NCBI GenBank assembly: GCA_965199715.1
Contig: OZ241322.1
Coordinates: 1,760,001-1,824,000, forward strand
Direction: 5' to 3'
Source: Vicinamibacteria bacterium
GTDB taxonomy: Bacteria; Acidobacteriota; Vicinamibacteria; Marinacidobacterales; Marinacidobacteraceae
DNA: 64,000 nucleotides
A model generated the notes under the pieces. That model ran no database searches. It was not told where the DNA came from and saw only the letters and a program-made list of their open reading frames with translations. Every line of letters starts with the position of its first letter. Positions within the stretch are counted from its first letter, which is position 1. The position numbers were made by a program, and so were the translations under genes. Shown here one piece after another: positions 62,471 to 64,000 of this stretch.

Positions 62471-63535
62471 TCAGCCCACGTTGAAGCGGATCAGCAGGAC
62501 GTCCCCATCCTGCACCGGGTAGTCGCGGCCCTCCAGCCGTAGTGCGCCGGCCTTGCGGCAGGCGTCCCACGAGCCGAGCGCGACCAGCCGGTCGTAGGCG
62601 ACCGCCTCCGCCCGGATGAAGCCGCGCTCCATGTCGCTGTGGATCGTTCCGGCGGCTTCCTGGGCGCGCGTGTCGCGGCGGATGAGCCATGCGCGGGATT
62701 CGGTGTCGCCCGCCGTGTAGAAGGTCGCCCGGTCCATGAGCTCGAAGATCGCCCGCACGACGCGCTCCGGGGCGCCGGCCTCGACCCCCAGCTCGCTGCG
62801 GAACTCGCCGGCCTCCGCCTCGTCCAGTTCGGCGATCTCGCACTCCATGCGCCCGGAGACCGCCGCGACCGAGGTCTCCGGAAGCGCCGCGTAGTCCTCG
62901 AGCGTCGCGCCGAGCTCGTCGTTGAGCGCGGCGGACTCCTCGCCGGCGTTCACGAGGAGAAGCTGCGGCTTGGCGGTGAGGAGGCCGAACCCGTTCAGCC
63001 GTTTCCGATCCTCCGCCGACAGGGCCGTGCGCAGCGGGCGGTCGTCCTCGAGCGCCGCCTTCGCCCGCTCCAGCGCCTCGCGTTCGCCGGGGGCCGCGCC
63101 GGGCCGCCCGCGGGCGCGCTCCTTCTTCAGCTTGTCGAGCCGCTTCTCCACGATCCCGAGGTCGGCCAGAAGCAGCTCCAGTTCGAGGTTCCGGGCGTCC
63201 CGCGCCGGATCCACGGTCTCGAAGGGCGCGGGCACGGCGGCGTCCTCGAACGCCCGCGCCACGTGAACCACGACGTCCACGTCCCGGATCGCGCCCAGGT
63301 TCTCGGCGACCCCTCGCGTTCCCGGACGCAGCGCCGGCAGCAGCACGATCTCGATCGTGGCCGGGGTGGTCTTCCGCGACTCATGGAGCCGGGTCAGCGT
63401 CGCGAGCCGCTCGTCGGGGACCGCGAGGACGCCGCGCTGCGCGGCCGCGGCGTACCCGGCGCGGGCGACGCGGGTCAGCAACTCGAAGACCGTCTTCTTC
63501 CCGGCCGACCGAAATCCGACGAGTCCGGCGCGCAC
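62471..63535 (-). CDS. ychF: YchF/Obg-like ATPase (DUF933 C-domain), divergent
   Basis: VPDERL..L, VHVARAF, ELLLADL, LLTAKP, FYTAG..E.RAW, AAG.IHSD..GFIRAE, EG..Y.VQDGD....RFNV. Confidence 0.88.
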   Translation of the reverse strand: MRAGLVGFRSAGKKTVFELLTRVARAGYAAAAQRGVLAVPDERLATLTRLHESRKTTPATIEIVLLPALRPGTRGVAENLGAIRDVDVVVHVARAFEDAAVPAPFETVDPARDARNLELELLLADLGIVEKRLDKLKKERARGRPGAAPGEREALERAKAALEDDRPLRTALSAEDRKRLNGFGLLTAKPQLLLVNAGEESAALNDELGATLEDYAALPETSVAAVSGRMECEIAELDEAEAGEFRSELGVEAGAPERVVRAIFELMDRATFYTAGDTESRAWLIRRDTRAQEAAGTIHSDMERGFIRAEAVAYDRLVALGSWDACRKAGALRLEGRDYPVQDGDVLLIRFNVG

Positions 63536-63562
63536 GGCGGCGAATGCTAGCGCCGCGCGCGC

Positions 63563-63599
63563 GTGGGGTTGGGGGTGGAAAAAAATGGACTCAGGTGGT
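63563..63599 (+). promoter_or_regulatory. Putative MraZ operator repeats
   Basis: GTGGG/GTGGA/ATGGA/GTGGT at 63563, 63575, 63585 and 63595 (~10-nt period) upstream of mraZ. Confidence 0.6.
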
Positions 63600-63685
63600 A
63601 CAAATTGGCTGCCCGCAGTGTGTCCGCCGTCCGTCAGGGAGGCGGTTTGCCCTTTCCCGCGGGTTCCGTCACTCCCGATCCTCCC

Positions 63686-64000
63686 ATGTTTCGCGGCAAC
63701 CACGCGGCCACCGTCGATTCCAAGGGGAGGCTCAAGCTCCCGACGGCGTTCCTCGCTCCGCTGCTGGCCCAGTACGGTCCCGAGGTCTTCGTGACCAGCG
63801 TCGGCGGGGACAGCGTCGAGCTGTACCCGCTCCCGGTCTGGCGCCAAAAGGAGGAGCGGCTCGACGAGCGCTCGGACCTCGACGAGGCGAAGGGCCGCTT
63901 CCTGTTCATCGCGAACGCCTTCGGCCAGCAGGGGGAGCTCGACCGGCAGGGTCGCATCGTGCTGTCCCCGAAACTTCGGGATCGGGCCGGAACCGTGGGC
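63686..64000 (+). CDS. mraZ: Division/cell-wall cluster repressor MraZ (partial, runs off the window)
   Basis: MFRG.H..TVDSKGRLKLP, LYPL..W, ELDRQGRIVL. Confidence 0.92.
   Translation, partial: MFRGNHAATVDSKGRLKLPTAFLAPLLAQYGPEVFVTSVGGDSVELYPLPVWRQKEERLDERSDLDEAKGRFLFIANAFGQQGELDRQGRIVLSPKLRDRAGTVG

Overview
High-GC (~70%) bacterial chromosome segment, most likely an Acidobacterium. The Cys-rich insert near the RpoB N-terminus and the gene order support this, and the VPS10/BNR, LLM-F420, Rieske, S8-barrel and TA content resembles host-associated (e.g. sponge) lineages; both points are inference. 1-20 kb is accessory and partly decaying: Mrr, a P4-like integrase remnant, an M20 lipoprotein, a degenerate IS3 inside a RelE-type TA relic, a Rieske oxygenase, a small CxxC/RAPP leader ORF in front of a DUF3526-type ABC transporter, an AAA-HNH-CrcB-HEPN/MNT islet, a VPS10 protein, a frameshifted APC permease, and tadA overlapping tRNA-Ser. 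20-56 kb is core: uvrA, selA-thiS-thiG-nth, purH, ispE-tRNA-Gln-prs-rplY-pth-rpsF-rpsR-rplI-dnaB-radA-ispDF-rlmB, the tRNA-tuf cluster, rpmG-secE-nusG-rplKAJL-rpoBC. 56-64 kb holds a Tat-exported aminotransferase, an S8 protease, a GmrSD-like nuclease, a PIN pseudogene, ychF and the start of mraZ. The best candidate for an undescribed system is a putative metal-sensing ribosome-arrest leader peptide (CxxCH...RAPP) controlling the ABC operon. Other leads are pervasive leaderless genes with CTG starts, apparent A:T->G:C-biased decay of pseudogenes, and an RpoB D516E-equivalent substitution. All family calls come from motif recognition, not database searches.
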